Notes under the pieces: model-generated | Seen by the model: the letters and a program-made list of their open reading frames with translations, nothing else | Database searches by the model: none | Told to the model about the DNA's origin: nothing | Made by a program: the position numbers and the translations under genes | Part shown: one piece after another, positions 22,883 to 32,077 of the stretch | How the letters are laid out: each line of letters starts with the position of its first letter | How positions within the stretch are numbered: position 1 is the first letter of the stretch | Origin: Candidatus Rokuibacteriota bacterium | GTDB taxonomy: Bacteria; Methylomirabilota; Methylomirabilia; Rokubacteriales; DASRDR01 | NCBI GenBank assembly: GCA_044866005.1 | Contig: JBIOTN010000014.1 | Coordinates: forward strand, 1 to 41,405 | Reading direction: 5' to 3' | DNA: 41,405 nt

Positions 22883-24025
22883 TCAGAAGAACGTGTAGTA
22901 GAGCGCGAGCGTGATCGTGTCCTGGCTCTTGTCCCGGAACCCGGACGCCGCCGCCCTGAAGGCGACCTCGTCGGCCTCGTCGTGGCGGTACTCGACCCGG
23001 CCGACGAGCCCCTTCCAGATCCGGTACTGGCCGGTCAGGGTCGCCTCCCACACGCCCAGGGCGTCGATCCCGGTGCGGGCGCCGTCCTCATCGGCGAAGT
23101 ACTCGAGGCGCAGCGCGGTCCGGAGCTTCTCCGTCCAGTCGTAAGCGCCGTAGACCGCGAGGCCCCACCACGTCGCGTCGCCGCCTTTGAGGGCGGCCTT
23201 GTCCTCCCGGCCGACGTCGAGGTTGAAGCCGAGCGTCGTGTTCTTGATCCCCGTGTAGTTCGCGACGAGGTCGACCACCCAGCGGATGTCGCTCTCGTTG
23301 TCCGGCTTCTCCGGGCCGGCGATCACGTTGAGGCTCGTGGCGAGGTCCTTGATCGGGGTGACCGCGACCTGGGCCATGCCCGAGACCATGGCGTTGTTGT
23401 CGTCGGCGACGTCCCAGCCGAGGACCGGCCCGGCGGTGACCGTGACGGTGTCCGTGACGGGGTAGGAGAGGAGCGCGCCGACGTGCGTGAGGGGGATGGC
23501 GAGGGTGAAGAGGAGCGACCGTGAGGAGTTCAGGTTGTTGGGCGACTCGATCACCTCGTAACCGAGCAGCGTGACGAACTTGCCGCCCTTCAGGGTGAGC
23601 CCGCTGCCGACCGCCACCTTGTACGAGAGGTACGCCTCCTGGAGGTCGAACCGCGGCGTGTCGCGGAAGGGGAAGACGTCGTCATCGTCCCGGAAGATCC
23701 CGATGACGTGATTTTTCTGGGCGTCCTCGCCCCCCGTCAGGACGAGGCCGAAGCCGAACGGGTACCGATCCGACGGGTCCTTCTTGACGCTGAGCTCCGC
23801 CATGTTGAAGGTGTAGCCCGCGTCGAAGTCGTAGAGCCGCAGGTTGTTGGTGTCCTGCGTGCTGCCCCGGAGGTTGAACACGTAGCTGTTCTCCACGTAG
23901 CCGAACCACGTGATCTCCTGCCACAGGGTCTTCGGCTCGTCTTTCTTCTCCTGCGCGACGGCGACGGAGGCGACCGTCGCCGTCAGCCACGCCGCCACCA
24001 CGACCGCTCGCCCGAATCGTCTCAT
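22883..24025 (-). CDS. Outer-membrane beta-barrel porin (BBP2/OmpL-like); alternative start at 24061
   Basis: Signal peptide; GYVENSYVFN, LQEAYLSY, GKFVTLLGYEVIE, IPLTHVG, RVEYRHD; ends in YYTFF; RBS GGGAGGG. Confidence 0.88.
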   Translation of the reverse strand: MRRFGRAVVVAAWLTATVASVAVAQEKKDEPKTLWQEITWFGYVENSYVFNLRGSTQDTNNLRLYDFDAGYTFNMAELSVKKDPSDRYPFGFGLVLTGGEDAQKNHVIGIFRDDDDVFPFRDTPRFDLQEAYLSYKVAVGSGLTLKGGKFVTLLGYEVIESPNNLNSSRSLLFTLAIPLTHVGALLSYPVTDTVTVTAGPVLGWDVADDNNAMVSGMAQVAVTPIKDLATSLNVIAGPEKPDNESDIRWVVDLVANYTGIKNTTLGFNLDVGREDKAALKGGDATWWGLAVYGAYDWTEKLRTALRLEYFADEDGARTGIDALGVWEATLTGQYRIWKGLVGRVEYRHDEADEVAFRAAASGFRDKSQDTITLALYYTFF

Positions 24026-24057
24026 CCGTCCGCTCCCTCCCGCGGTCGCTGCCGCGT

Positions 24058-25767
24058 TCATCGGCTCGGCTCGGAGGCGATCATTGTCGTGGGAACCGGC
24101 TGCGGCACTCGCCCACCGCCGGCTGTCCCCATCCCGCGGACCAGAATGCTCGGTCCCTGGATCTCCGGGTACCCGTGCACGCCCGTCTCGGGCACGTCGA
24201 GCCCGTCCAGCTCCACCTCCGGCGCGACGCGCATCCCGATCGCCACGTCGAGCAGCTTGAAGAAGAGCCAGGAGGCGCCGAACACGAAGACGAAACCGGT
24301 CACCGGGCCGATGACCTGGGCCACCAGCTGGCTCGGGTCCCCGTGGAGCAGTCCGCGCACCGGGCCCGTCACGCCGTTGAGCCCGTCGCCGTAGGTGCCG
24401 TCGGCGAAGAGGCCGAGGCTGAGGACGCCCCACAGGCCGCAGGTGCCGTGCACCGAGACGGCGCCGACCGGGTCGTCGACCTTGAGCGTGCGCTCGACGA
24501 ACAGGACGCTCCAGCAGAGGATCACGCCCGCGACCGCGCCGATCACGAACGCCCAGAAGCTGGAGACGAACGCGCACGGCGCGGTGATGGCCACGAGCCC
24601 GGCCAGGAAGCCGTTGGCCGCCATGCTGGGGTCCGGCTTGCCGTACCGCGCCCACATGTAGAGCGCCGCGACGATGGCGCCGGCCGCGGACGCGAGCATC
24701 GTGTTGACCGCGATGACGGCGATGCGGAGGTCGGTCCCGGCCAGCGTGCTCCCCGGATTGAAGCCGAACCAGCCGAACGCCAGGATGAAGCAGCCCAGGA
24801 TCGCCATCGGGAGGTTGTGTCCCGGGATGGGATTCGGCGTCCCGTCCTTGTTGAACTTGCCGATGCGCGCGCCGAGCACCATGGCCCCGGCCAGGCCGGT
24901 CACGCCGCCGACCATGTGCACGACCGAGGACCCCGCGAAGTCGACGTAGCCGTGGCCGAGCCCGAAGTTCTTGCCGAGCTGCGAGAGCCAGCCCCCGCCC
25001 CACACCCAGTTCGCGAACAGGGGATACGTGACCATCGAGATGAAGAAGCCGTAGACGAAGAACGCGGAGAGCTTCCAGCGCTCGGCCATCGCCCCCGTCG
25101 GGATCGTCGCCGCGGTGTCCATGAAGACCATCTGGAAGAGGAAGAGCGCGAACACCGCGACGTCGTAGGTCGAGCCCGCGAGGAAGAAGCCCTTGGTGCC
25201 GAAGAGGCCGAAGTCCTTGCCGAACAGGCTGATCGTGAACTCGCCGTCGAGGACCCCCGTCCCGCCCATCGTGCCGAGCGCCCCGATGCCCCCCATCTGG
25301 AGCGCGAACCCCATGATCCAGTAGCCGGTCATGCCGATCGCGTAGATCATGAAGTTCATCATCATCGTGTGGGCGACGTTCTTCGCGCGGGTGAAGCCGG
25401 TCTCGGCGAGGGCGAAGCCCGCCTGCATGAACATCACGAGGAAGCCGGTGATCAGGGTCCACATGAGGTTGATCGACACCTTGTTGTGCCCGACCGCCTC
25501 GGCGACCTCCGCGAGCGTCGGTTTGCCCGCCTCCTTGGCCGGCACGTCCGCGATCGTTCCGGTCGCCGTGCCGCCGGGGTCCGGCGTGGGCGCGGCCGGT
25601 CCGGGCGCGGCGGTGCCGACCGCCGGCTGCTCGGCCGGCCGGTCCTCCGCGAGCGCCCCACCGATGAGTGCCAGGACGCAGCCGACCACCAGTGCGGCGG
25701 CCGCCCATCCCGCGCGGTGCCCGGACGTCTTCCAGACCTTCGCGATTCCCGTTCTGCCGCGCCGCAT
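24058..25767 (-). CDS. amt: Ammonium transporter (Amt family)
   Basis: FMQAGFALAE, FLFQMVF, GAMAER, WVWGGGWL, DFAGSSVVH, FGWFGFNPGS, GLVAITA, DDPVGAVSVH, GLDVPETG; RBS GAGGAGG. Confidence 0.96.
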   Translation of the reverse strand: MRRGRTGIAKVWKTSGHRAGWAAAALVVGCVLALIGGALAEDRPAEQPAVGTAAPGPAAPTPDPGGTATGTIADVPAKEAGKPTLAEVAEAVGHNKVSINLMWTLITGFLVMFMQAGFALAETGFTRAKNVAHTMMMNFMIYAIGMTGYWIMGFALQMGGIGALGTMGGTGVLDGEFTISLFGKDFGLFGTKGFFLAGSTYDVAVFALFLFQMVFMDTAATIPTGAMAERWKLSAFFVYGFFISMVTYPLFANWVWGGGWLSQLGKNFGLGHGYVDFAGSSVVHMVGGVTGLAGAMVLGARIGKFNKDGTPNPIPGHNLPMAILGCFILAFGWFGFNPGSTLAGTDLRIAVIAVNTMLASAAGAIVAALYMWARYGKPDPSMAANGFLAGLVAITAPCAFVSSFWAFVIGAVAGVILCWSVLFVERTLKVDDPVGAVSVHGTCGLWGVLSLGLFADGTYGDGLNGVTGPVRGLLHGDPSQLVAQVIGPVTGFVFVFGASWLFFKLLDVAIGMRVAPEVELDGLDVPETGVHGYPEIQGPSILVRGMGTAGGGRVPQPVPTTMIASEPSR

Positions 25768-25797
25768 TCCACCCTCCTCTTCGGTGGCTCGGACCCC

Positions 25798-25834
25798 GAA
25801 AGGCAAACGGCGCCCCTGGGTAGGCGCCGTTGCC
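25798..25834 (-). promoter_or_regulatory. ANTAR-type RNA hairpin embedded in a terminator-like stem in the amt leader
   Basis: GGC-AACGGC-GCC (3-bp stem, 6-nt loop with A1/G4; 25823-25834) can alternatively pair with GGCGCCGTTTGCC (25802-25814), which is followed by TTT. Confidence 0.65.
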
Positions 25835-25872
25835 GTGCCCCCGCGACGCGCGTCGCGGTTGCGCGTGGTGAA

Positions 25873-25888
25873 AGCAACGGCTGTGCCT
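25873..25888 (-). promoter_or_regulatory. Sigma-54 (-24/-12) promoter of the amt operon
   Basis: AGGCAC-AGCCG-TTGCT matches TGGCAC-N5-TTGCW with GG-N10-GC spacing. Confidence 0.8.
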
Positions 25889-26020
25889 GTCTCGCGCCGT
25901 GGAAGCGACGACTCTCGGGCACCTCCGCGCTGGCGCAGGGTTACGTCCTGGCCGGTCGCGGCGGCGGCCCGGCGCCTCGTCCCGGCGCTGCCGCTTCGGG
26001 AGGCAGCGCGGCGCGCGGAC

Positions 26021-26037
26021 TGCACACACTCTGAGCA
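26021..26037. promoter_or_regulatory. Candidate NtrC-type enhancer site
   Basis: TGCAC-ACACTCT-GAGCA versus TGCAC-N7-GTGCA (1 mismatch), about 135-150 bp upstream of the sigma-54 site. Confidence 0.5.
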
Positions 26038-26094
26038 GCGACGGGCCTGGGCCGCGTCTGTCCGCTGTGGTATAAAGGCAGGGACGGGAGGCGA

Positions 26095-26577
26095 GTGGCA
26101 GCAGTCAGACGACCTGGACGGGCGCAGAAGACCGACGGCCCGAGCAGCGTCCGGGCCGAGCGGCTCATCGCCGCGATGCGGCGGGATCGCGGCTATCTCT
26201 ACCCCGAGTGGGAGCTGGTGGCGCGGGAGGCTCCCGAGTTCGTGGCCTCCTACAACGAGCTCTACCGCCAGGCCCTCGCCACCGACGCCCGCCTGCCGGT
26301 CAAGTATCGCGAGCTCGTGGCGCTCGGCATCCTGGCCTTCCGCGGCGAGAGCCAGGGGCTCGTCTACCACATCCGTCGCGCGCTCCAGCACGGCGCCACG
26401 CGTGCCGAGGTCCTCGGCGCCATCGAGGCGACCGTCATCCCGGGCGGCGCGTTGACGTTCCTCAACGGGCTTCGGGCGCTGGCGAAGGTGGACGCCGAGC
26501 GGCGCGCGCCGCGGGTCCCGGAGCCCCGGCCCGGCGGCCGGCGGCCGGGGCTCTCGCGGGCAGAAGAAGGGTCCTGA
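26095..26577 (+). CDS. Carboxymuconolactone decarboxylase (CMD/AhpD-like) family protein without CxxC
   Basis: LPVKYRELVALGILA...HIRRALQHGATRAEV; RBS GGGAGG; upstream TGgTATAAA. Confidence 0.85.
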   Translation: MAAVRRPGRAQKTDGPSSVRAERLIAAMRRDRGYLYPEWELVAREAPEFVASYNELYRQALATDARLPVKYRELVALGILAFRGESQGLVYHIRRALQHGATRAEVLGAIEATVIPGGALTFLNGLRALAKVDAERRAPRVPEPRPGGRRPGLSRAEEGS

Positions 26578-26579
26578 GC

Positions 26580-28106
26580 ATGGCGAGCTACGATTTCCGA
26601 GAAAAAGCGCTCCTCCTCCACCCCGAGGACGACGTCCTCATCGCGAAGGCGCCCGTCCCGGCGGGCACCGTCCTGGAGGAGGGATCGACGCGCCTCCCCG
26701 TGCAGTGCGACATCCGGCCCGGTCACAAGATCGCCCGGCGGGCCCGGGCCCGGGGCGAGGCGGTGCGCCGGTACGGCCAGGTCATCGGCTTCGCCACGCA
26801 GCCGATCGTCGCGGGCGATCACGTCCACACGCACAATTTGGCCGTGGGCGAGATCATGCACGACTACGAGGTGGGCACCGACGTCCGGCCGGTCGACTAC
26901 TACGCCCCGGCCGAGATGCGCCACTTCGACGGCTTCCGCCGCGCCGACGGCCGCGCGGGCACGCGGAACTACGTCGCGGTGATCTCGACCGTCAACTGCT
27001 CGGCGAGCGTGTGCCAGGTCATCCGCGAGCGGTTCCGCGACGTGCAGACGGCGTACCCCCACGTCGACGGCGTCATCGCGATCACCCACAAGTCCGGCTG
27101 CGGGACCAAGCTCTTCGGCGAGGACCACGAGGCGCTCATGCGCGTGCTCGGCGGCTACGCCCGGCACCCCAACGTGGCGGCCTACGTCCTCATCGGGCTG
27201 GGTTGCGAGGTGAACCAGACTCTCCCCCTCATCGACCGCCAGAGGCTCGGGCGCCCGACGGTGCTCTCCATCCAGGAACAGGGCGGCGTCCGGAAGACCG
27301 TCGAGGCCGGGGTGCGCGCGGTGGAGCAGCTCCTGCCGGCCGCCGACGAGGCGCGGCGGAGCCGGCAGCCCATCTCGGAGCTGATCCTGGCCACGAACTG
27401 CGGAGGGTCCGACGGGAACTCCGGGATCACCGCCAATCCGGCGCTCGGCTGGGCCGTGGACGAGCTCGTCCGCTACGGCGGCACCGGGGTCCTCGCGGAG
27501 ACGTCCGAGATCTACGGCGCGGAGCACCTCTTGATCCGCCGCGCGATCAACGAAGGGGTGGCGAAGAAGCTCATCGACCGCTTCAAGTGGTGGGAGTACT
27601 ACTGCCGCGTGCTCGGCGCGGAGATGGACAACAACCCCGCCCCGGGCAACAAGGCCGGGGGGCTCACGACGGTCTTCGAGAAGTCGCTGGGCGGGGTGAC
27701 GAAGGGCGGGACCACACCCCTGACGGACGTCTTCCTCTACGCGGAGCCGATCACGACGCGGGGCTTCGTCTTCATGGACACGCCGGGCCACGATCCCGTC
27801 TCGGTGACGGGGCTCGTGGCGGGCGGAGCGAACGTCGTCTGCTTCACGACGGGCCGGGGGTCGGTCTTCGGCTGCAAGCCCGTGCCCTCCATCAAGCTCG
27901 CCACGAACTCGCTCGTGTACCGCGCGATGGAAGAGGACATGGACATCAACTGCGGCGTGATCCTGGAAGGCACGCCGCTCGAGGCCGTGGGCCGCCAGAT
28001 CTTCGAGGAGGTGATCCTAGTCGCCTCCGGCAAGAAGACCAAGAGCGAGCTCGCCGGGATCGGTGAGGAGGAGTTCGCGCCCTGGATCATCGGGCCGGTC
28101 CTCTGA
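26580..28106 (+). CDS. UxaA-family altronate/galactarate dehydratase
   Basis: SAF domain (GHKIA...RYGQVIG...HVHTHN); GTRNY, TVNCS, HKSGCG, GLGCE, CGGSDG, NPAPGNKAGGL, FTTGRGS. Confidence 0.93.
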   Translation: MASYDFREKALLLHPEDDVLIAKAPVPAGTVLEEGSTRLPVQCDIRPGHKIARRARARGEAVRRYGQVIGFATQPIVAGDHVHTHNLAVGEIMHDYEVGTDVRPVDYYAPAEMRHFDGFRRADGRAGTRNYVAVISTVNCSASVCQVIRERFRDVQTAYPHVDGVIAITHKSGCGTKLFGEDHEALMRVLGGYARHPNVAAYVLIGLGCEVNQTLPLIDRQRLGRPTVLSIQEQGGVRKTVEAGVRAVEQLLPAADEARRSRQPISELILATNCGGSDGNSGITANPALGWAVDELVRYGGTGVLAETSEIYGAEHLLIRRAINEGVAKKLIDRFKWWEYYCRVLGAEMDNNPAPGNKAGGLTTVFEKSLGGVTKGGTTPLTDVFLYAEPITTRGFVFMDTPGHDPVSVTGLVAGGANVVCFTTGRGSVFGCKPVPSIKLATNSLVYRAMEEDMDINCGVILEGTPLEAVGRQIFEEVILVASGKKTKSELAGIGEEEFAPWIIGPVL

Positions 28107-28283
28107 GCTTCGACCGCGGCGGGCGCCCGGCCGGCGACCCGGGCGGCCATGGGATCCGGCCGGCCGTGCCGGCCAGCGAAGCGACGTGGCGGGCGCGCCC
28201 CAGCGGCGCGGTTCCAGCCCTTACTCCGAGCCTTCCCGGTGGTCCGGGAGGGCTCACCTTTCCCCCTCACCCCGGAGGTCTGG

Positions 28284-28487
28284 ATGGGGCGGCGATCCTA
28301 TAGCGGCGAGAAACGGCGGAAGGAGCTCGCGCGCAAGGCCAAGCGCGAGGCGAAGCAGGAGCGGAAGCAGCAGGAGGCCCAGGACCGGAACGAGTCGGGC
28401 GGCGGTCCGCCCATCGACTGGGATGCTCAGGTGGGCGGCCACGTCCCCCCGCCGGAGGGGGCGCGCGAAGAGTCCTCCGGCTCCTGA
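28284..28487 (+). CDS. Small basic hypothetical protein (67 aa)
   Basis: RBS GGAGG; MGRRSYSGEKRRKELARKAKREAKQERK...PPIDW. Confidence 0.7.
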   Translation: MGRRSYSGEKRRKELARKAKREAKQERKQQEAQDRNESGGGPPIDWDAQVGGHVPPPEGAREESSGS

Positions 28488-28501
28488 GCGGCGTCGTCCA
28501 C

Positions 28502-29857
28502 TCAGGGCCCAGCCGGGCCGAACAGCCGCTCGATTTCCGGAATGGCCCGCGGCAGGGCCAGCAGGATGACGTGGTCGCCGCTCTCCAGCACCGTCTCGCC
28601 GGTCGGGACCAGCACCTCATCCCCTCGCACGATCGCGCCCACCAGCGCGTCCGGCGGAAAGCGCAGCGCCTCGAACGACCGGCCGGCCGCCGGCGTCCCC
28701 GGTAGCACGACGACCTCCAGGGTCTCCGCCTCGCTCTCCGGCAGCTCGAACACCGAGATCACCCGGCTCCGGCGGACGAATTTCAAGATGACGCTCGCGG
28801 TCAGGAGCCGGGGGCTGATCGCCGCGTCGATGCCCAGGGATTCGACCAGCGGGATCAGGTCGGGACGCTTGAAGAGCGCGACGCCTTTCTTGGCGCCGTA
28901 GCGCTTGCCCAGGAGTCCGGCCAGCAGGTTGGTCGCGTCGTCGTCGGTGATCGTCGCGAGCGCGTCGGTCTCCGAGATGCCTTCCTCCACCAGCCGCTGC
29001 ACGTCCGTCCCGTCGCCGTGGATGACCCGCGCCCGCGCCAGCTGCTTGCTGATCTCCTCGCACCGGGCGCGGCTTCGCTCCATGACCGTCACGGCGATGC
29101 CCTCCGCCTCGAGCGCCTGCGCCACCTGGAGCCCGATCCGGCCGCCGCCGATGATGAAGACGCGCTTGGTGGCCGCGGTCGGCCGGCCCAGCAGCACGAG
29201 GAGGTCGGGGATGAACTCGCGCCGGCTCACCACGTAGACGTGATCGTCCGGCGCCACCACGGTGTCGGCGGTGGGGACGATCAGGCGGTCGCCCCGGGCG
29301 ATGCCGACCACGAGGAACGGGGCCGAGGCCTGGACCGAGCGCAGGTCCCGGAGCCGCCGGTTCACCACGGGGGCCCGGGGCCCCATCTTGACCCCCACCA
29401 GCTGGACGCGCCCCTCGGCGAAGTCCGCGACCTCCGTCGCCCCCGCCGTCTTGATCACCCGGAGGATCTCGTCGGCCACCACCTGGTTGGGATTGATCAG
29501 GAGGTCGATCCCCAGCACCTTGCCGCCGGCGAGGATGGGGTGCGCGCCCAGCTCGATGTCGCGCACCCGCGCGATCTTGGTCGCCACGCCGTACTGGTGC
29601 GCGATCGCGCACGCCACGATGTTGACCTCGTCCACGTCGGCGACGGCGATCACCATGGCGGCGTCGCGGACGCCCGCTTCCTCGAGCGCCCGGGGCGACG
29701 ACCCGTCCGCCTCGATCGTCCGCAGCCGGAGGCTTTCCTGGACCCGGCGGCAGACCTCGGCGGTGCGTTCGATCACCACGATCTCGTGGGCCTCGTGGGC
29801 AAGGCGCTCGGCGATGTGGTAGCCGACCTCGCCGGCCCCGATCACGATGATCTTCAC
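28502..29857 (-). CDS. trkA: Trk system potassium uptake regulatory subunit TrkA
   Basis: Two RCK-N domains (IIVIGAGEVG; FIIGGGRIG) each followed by RCK-C; DEVNIVAC, KIARVR, HGDGTD. Confidence 0.95.
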   Translation of the reverse strand: MKIIVIGAGEVGYHIAERLAHEAHEIVVIERTAEVCRRVQESLRLRTIEADGSSPRALEEAGVRDAAMVIAVADVDEVNIVACAIAHQYGVATKIARVRDIELGAHPILAGGKVLGIDLLINPNQVVADEILRVIKTAGATEVADFAEGRVQLVGVKMGPRAPVVNRRLRDLRSVQASAPFLVVGIARGDRLIVPTADTVVAPDDHVYVVSRREFIPDLLVLLGRPTAATKRVFIIGGGRIGLQVAQALEAEGIAVTVMERSRARCEEISKQLARARVIHGDGTDVQRLVEEGISETDALATITDDDATNLLAGLLGKRYGAKKGVALFKRPDLIPLVESLGIDAAISPRLLTASVILKFVRRSRVISVFELPESEAETLEVVVLPGTPAAGRSFEALRFPPDALVGAIVRGDEVLVPTGETVLESGDHVILLALPRAIPEIERLFGPAGP

Positions 29858-29935
29858 GGCGTGCTCCCGCCCGCGGCCGGCGTCCGGGGATCCTCTCGCC
29901 CGGGGCTCATGTCGAGGGTCGTCGGCCTGGCGCGC

Positions 29936-30142
29936 TCACGCCTCGGCGGCGGGCTCCTGGTACTCGGGGCAGCGGGCGGCGTACGTCGGCTCCACGCGCC
30001 GGCGGATCCAGGGGCAGAAGAACTCGGCGGTGAGGCTCCGACTCGCGGCGCGATCGGGCGCCGATTCCTCGAGGTCGGCCGGCGCCTCCGGAAAGTGGAC
30101 GCAATCGAAGCAGAATGGACCGGGCGGTTCGCGCGTGGCCAT
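29936..30142 (-). CDS. Small four-Cys protein (68 aa), putative metal-binding
   Basis: MATREPPGPFCFDCVHF...FFCPWIRRRVEPTYAARCPEY; purine-rich GGAAGGA upstream. Confidence 0.6.
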   Translation of the reverse strand: MATREPPGPFCFDCVHFPEAPADLEESAPDRAASRSLTAEFFCPWIRRRVEPTYAARCPEYQEPAAEA

Positions 30143-30421
30143 CAGTCCGCGTCCTTCCGTCCGCGCGGGAGCGGACACGTCCGCGCGGCCTCGGCGCCGG
30201 GGGCGCCGACACGCGGCCATGGGCGATCGCGGAGGCTCCGAGACATACCTGCGGTTCCTCGGGGTGGTGGCGCTGCGATGAGGGAAAGGTAGCAGACGGC
30301 CCGCGCCCTGGCAAGCGCCGGGCGCGCGGACGACACTGCGCTCGCCGCCCGCAGGCCGCCGGCCGCGGCCGGCGTGGCGCGCGCCCGCGCCCTCCGACCC
30401 CGGATGTTAGAATCGAATCCC

Positions 30422-32077
30422 ATGGCTGGCCGGTCGCGGATCGCCCGTCCGATCGCCCGCCTTCGCGACGGCGCCATCCGGTGGGCCCGCATGCCGCGCC
30501 TCGCGAGGCCCGAGCGTCGCCGCTTCCTCGTAATCCAGATCGACGGCCTCTCCTACGCGACGCTGAAGCAGGCGCTCGACCGGCGCCACATGCCCTTCGC
30601 CGGGCGCCTGCTGCGCCGCGGTCAGTTTCGGCTGGTCCGCCTGCCGGTCGGCCTGCCGACCTCCACCCCGGCGTTTCAGGCGGGGCTCATGTACGGCGGG
30701 CCGGTGGACATCCCGGCCTTCGAGTACGTCGACAAGCGCACCGGGGAGTACGTCTGGTTCCCACGCCCGTGGGCCTCCGCGCGGGTCGAAGCCGCGCACG
30801 CGACGGGGCGGCGCGGGATCATGACGGACGGACGGACGTACGGCTGCGTCTTCGGGGGCGGCGCGGCGGACTCCGTGCTGACCTTCGCGCACCTGCTGCG
30901 CCCCGCGCCGCGCTGGGGCCGCTTCGGCCTCCGGGCCCGGCTGATGCCGGTGCTCGTCCTGGCGTGGGTGACGCTCAAGACGACGGTCGTGACGGTCTTC
31001 GAGATCCTGCGCTGGACCGGCGCGGCGGTCCGCGACTTCTCGATCGGCCGCCGGATCACGTCCCCGAAGCGGCTGCTCATCCGTCTCTTGATCAGCGGGT
31101 GGCTCCGGGAGCTCTTCACGCTCGGCGTCACGGCCGACGTTTACGCCGGGGTGCCGGCGATCTACGTGAACTTCGTGGACTACGACGTCCCCGCCCACGA
31201 GCTCGGCCCGGACCACCCCGGGGCGCTCCGCGAGCTCCGGTACGTGGACCGGAGCATCCGGGACATCGTCACCGTCGTGCGGCGCGTGCCGGAGCTGCGG
31301 TACGACGTCTTCGTCCTCTCCGACCACGGCCAGACGCTCTCCGTCCCCTTCGAGACGGTGGCCGGCGGCGAGTCGGTGGTCGACGCCGTGCTGAAGGCGT
31401 TCCAGCCGGTCACGTCCGCCGCGGCGGAGGCGGCCCAGGACGCCGTCCACCCGTTCGCCGTGCCCCTCTGGCCGTTCGCCGCGGTCTGGCAACGGCACCT
31501 GGCCTACCTCCAGGGACGGCCGCGGAACCGGAACGCGGTCTGGGCACAGGGACTCTGCGTGGTGCCGGCCGGGCCCAACATCAACATCTACCTCACCGGC
31601 GCGGTGGGCCATGCGCCGGTGGAGGAGATCGAGACCCGGTACCCCGGAGCGCTCCGGACCCTGAGCCGGCACCCGGGGATCGGCCTCGTCTTGGCACGTG
31701 GCGGCGCGGGGCCGGTGTGCTATTATCGGGGGGCTGTGCTCAGCATCCCGCCGCCGCCCGGGCCGAGTGGCTGTCCGCTCTTCGATCGGCCCGACCGGCC
31801 GCTCGTGGTGGAGGGACTCCGCGACCTCCTCACCATGCCGAGCGCCGGCGACATCGTGGTCTTCGGGCACTACACGGCCCACGGCTGCGTGTCGTACCTG
31901 GGGGAGCGGGGCAGTCACGCGGGGCCGTCAGAGGACGAGCTGTACGCGTTCGTCATGGCGCCCCCGGACGTGAAGTTCGACTTCGAGAGCGTGTCGCGGC
32001 CGACGGACCTGTACCCGTTGTTCGTCGGCTATCACGAGGAGCCGGCGCAGCCGAGGGGGGGCGAATGGGAGGGGTGA
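30422..32077 (+). CDS. Alkaline phosphatase superfamily protein (type I phosphodiesterase-like)
   Basis: IQIDGLS, PTSTPAFQAG, DYDVPAH, LSDHGQ, GSHAG; start chosen 8 nt after TGtTAGAAT (30405-30413). Confidence 0.85.
   Translation: MAGRSRIARPIARLRDGAIRWARMPRLARPERRRFLVIQIDGLSYATLKQALDRRHMPFAGRLLRRGQFRLVRLPVGLPTSTPAFQAGLMYGGPVDIPAFEYVDKRTGEYVWFPRPWASARVEAAHATGRRGIMTDGRTYGCVFGGGAADSVLTFAHLLRPAPRWGRFGLRARLMPVLVLAWVTLKTTVVTVFEILRWTGAAVRDFSIGRRITSPKRLLIRLLISGWLRELFTLGVTADVYAGVPAIYVNFVDYDVPAHELGPDHPGALRELRYVDRSIRDIVTVVRRVPELRYDVFVLSDHGQTLSVPFETVAGGESVVDAVLKAFQPVTSAAAEAAQDAVHPFAVPLWPFAAVWQRHLAYLQGRPRNRNAVWAQGLCVVPAGPNINIYLTGAVGHAPVEEIETRYPGALRTLSRHPGIGLVLARGGAGPVCYYRGAVLSIPPPPGPSGCPLFDRPDRPLVVEGLRDLLTMPSAGDIVVFGHYTAHGCVSYLGERGSHAGPSEDELYAFVMAPPDVKFDFESVSRPTDLYPLFVGYHEEPAQPRGGEWEG

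Noticed and set aside
30095..30112. CFDCVH as a heme c attachment motif
   Set aside because: It is CxxCxH, not CxxCH, and the protein has no export signal
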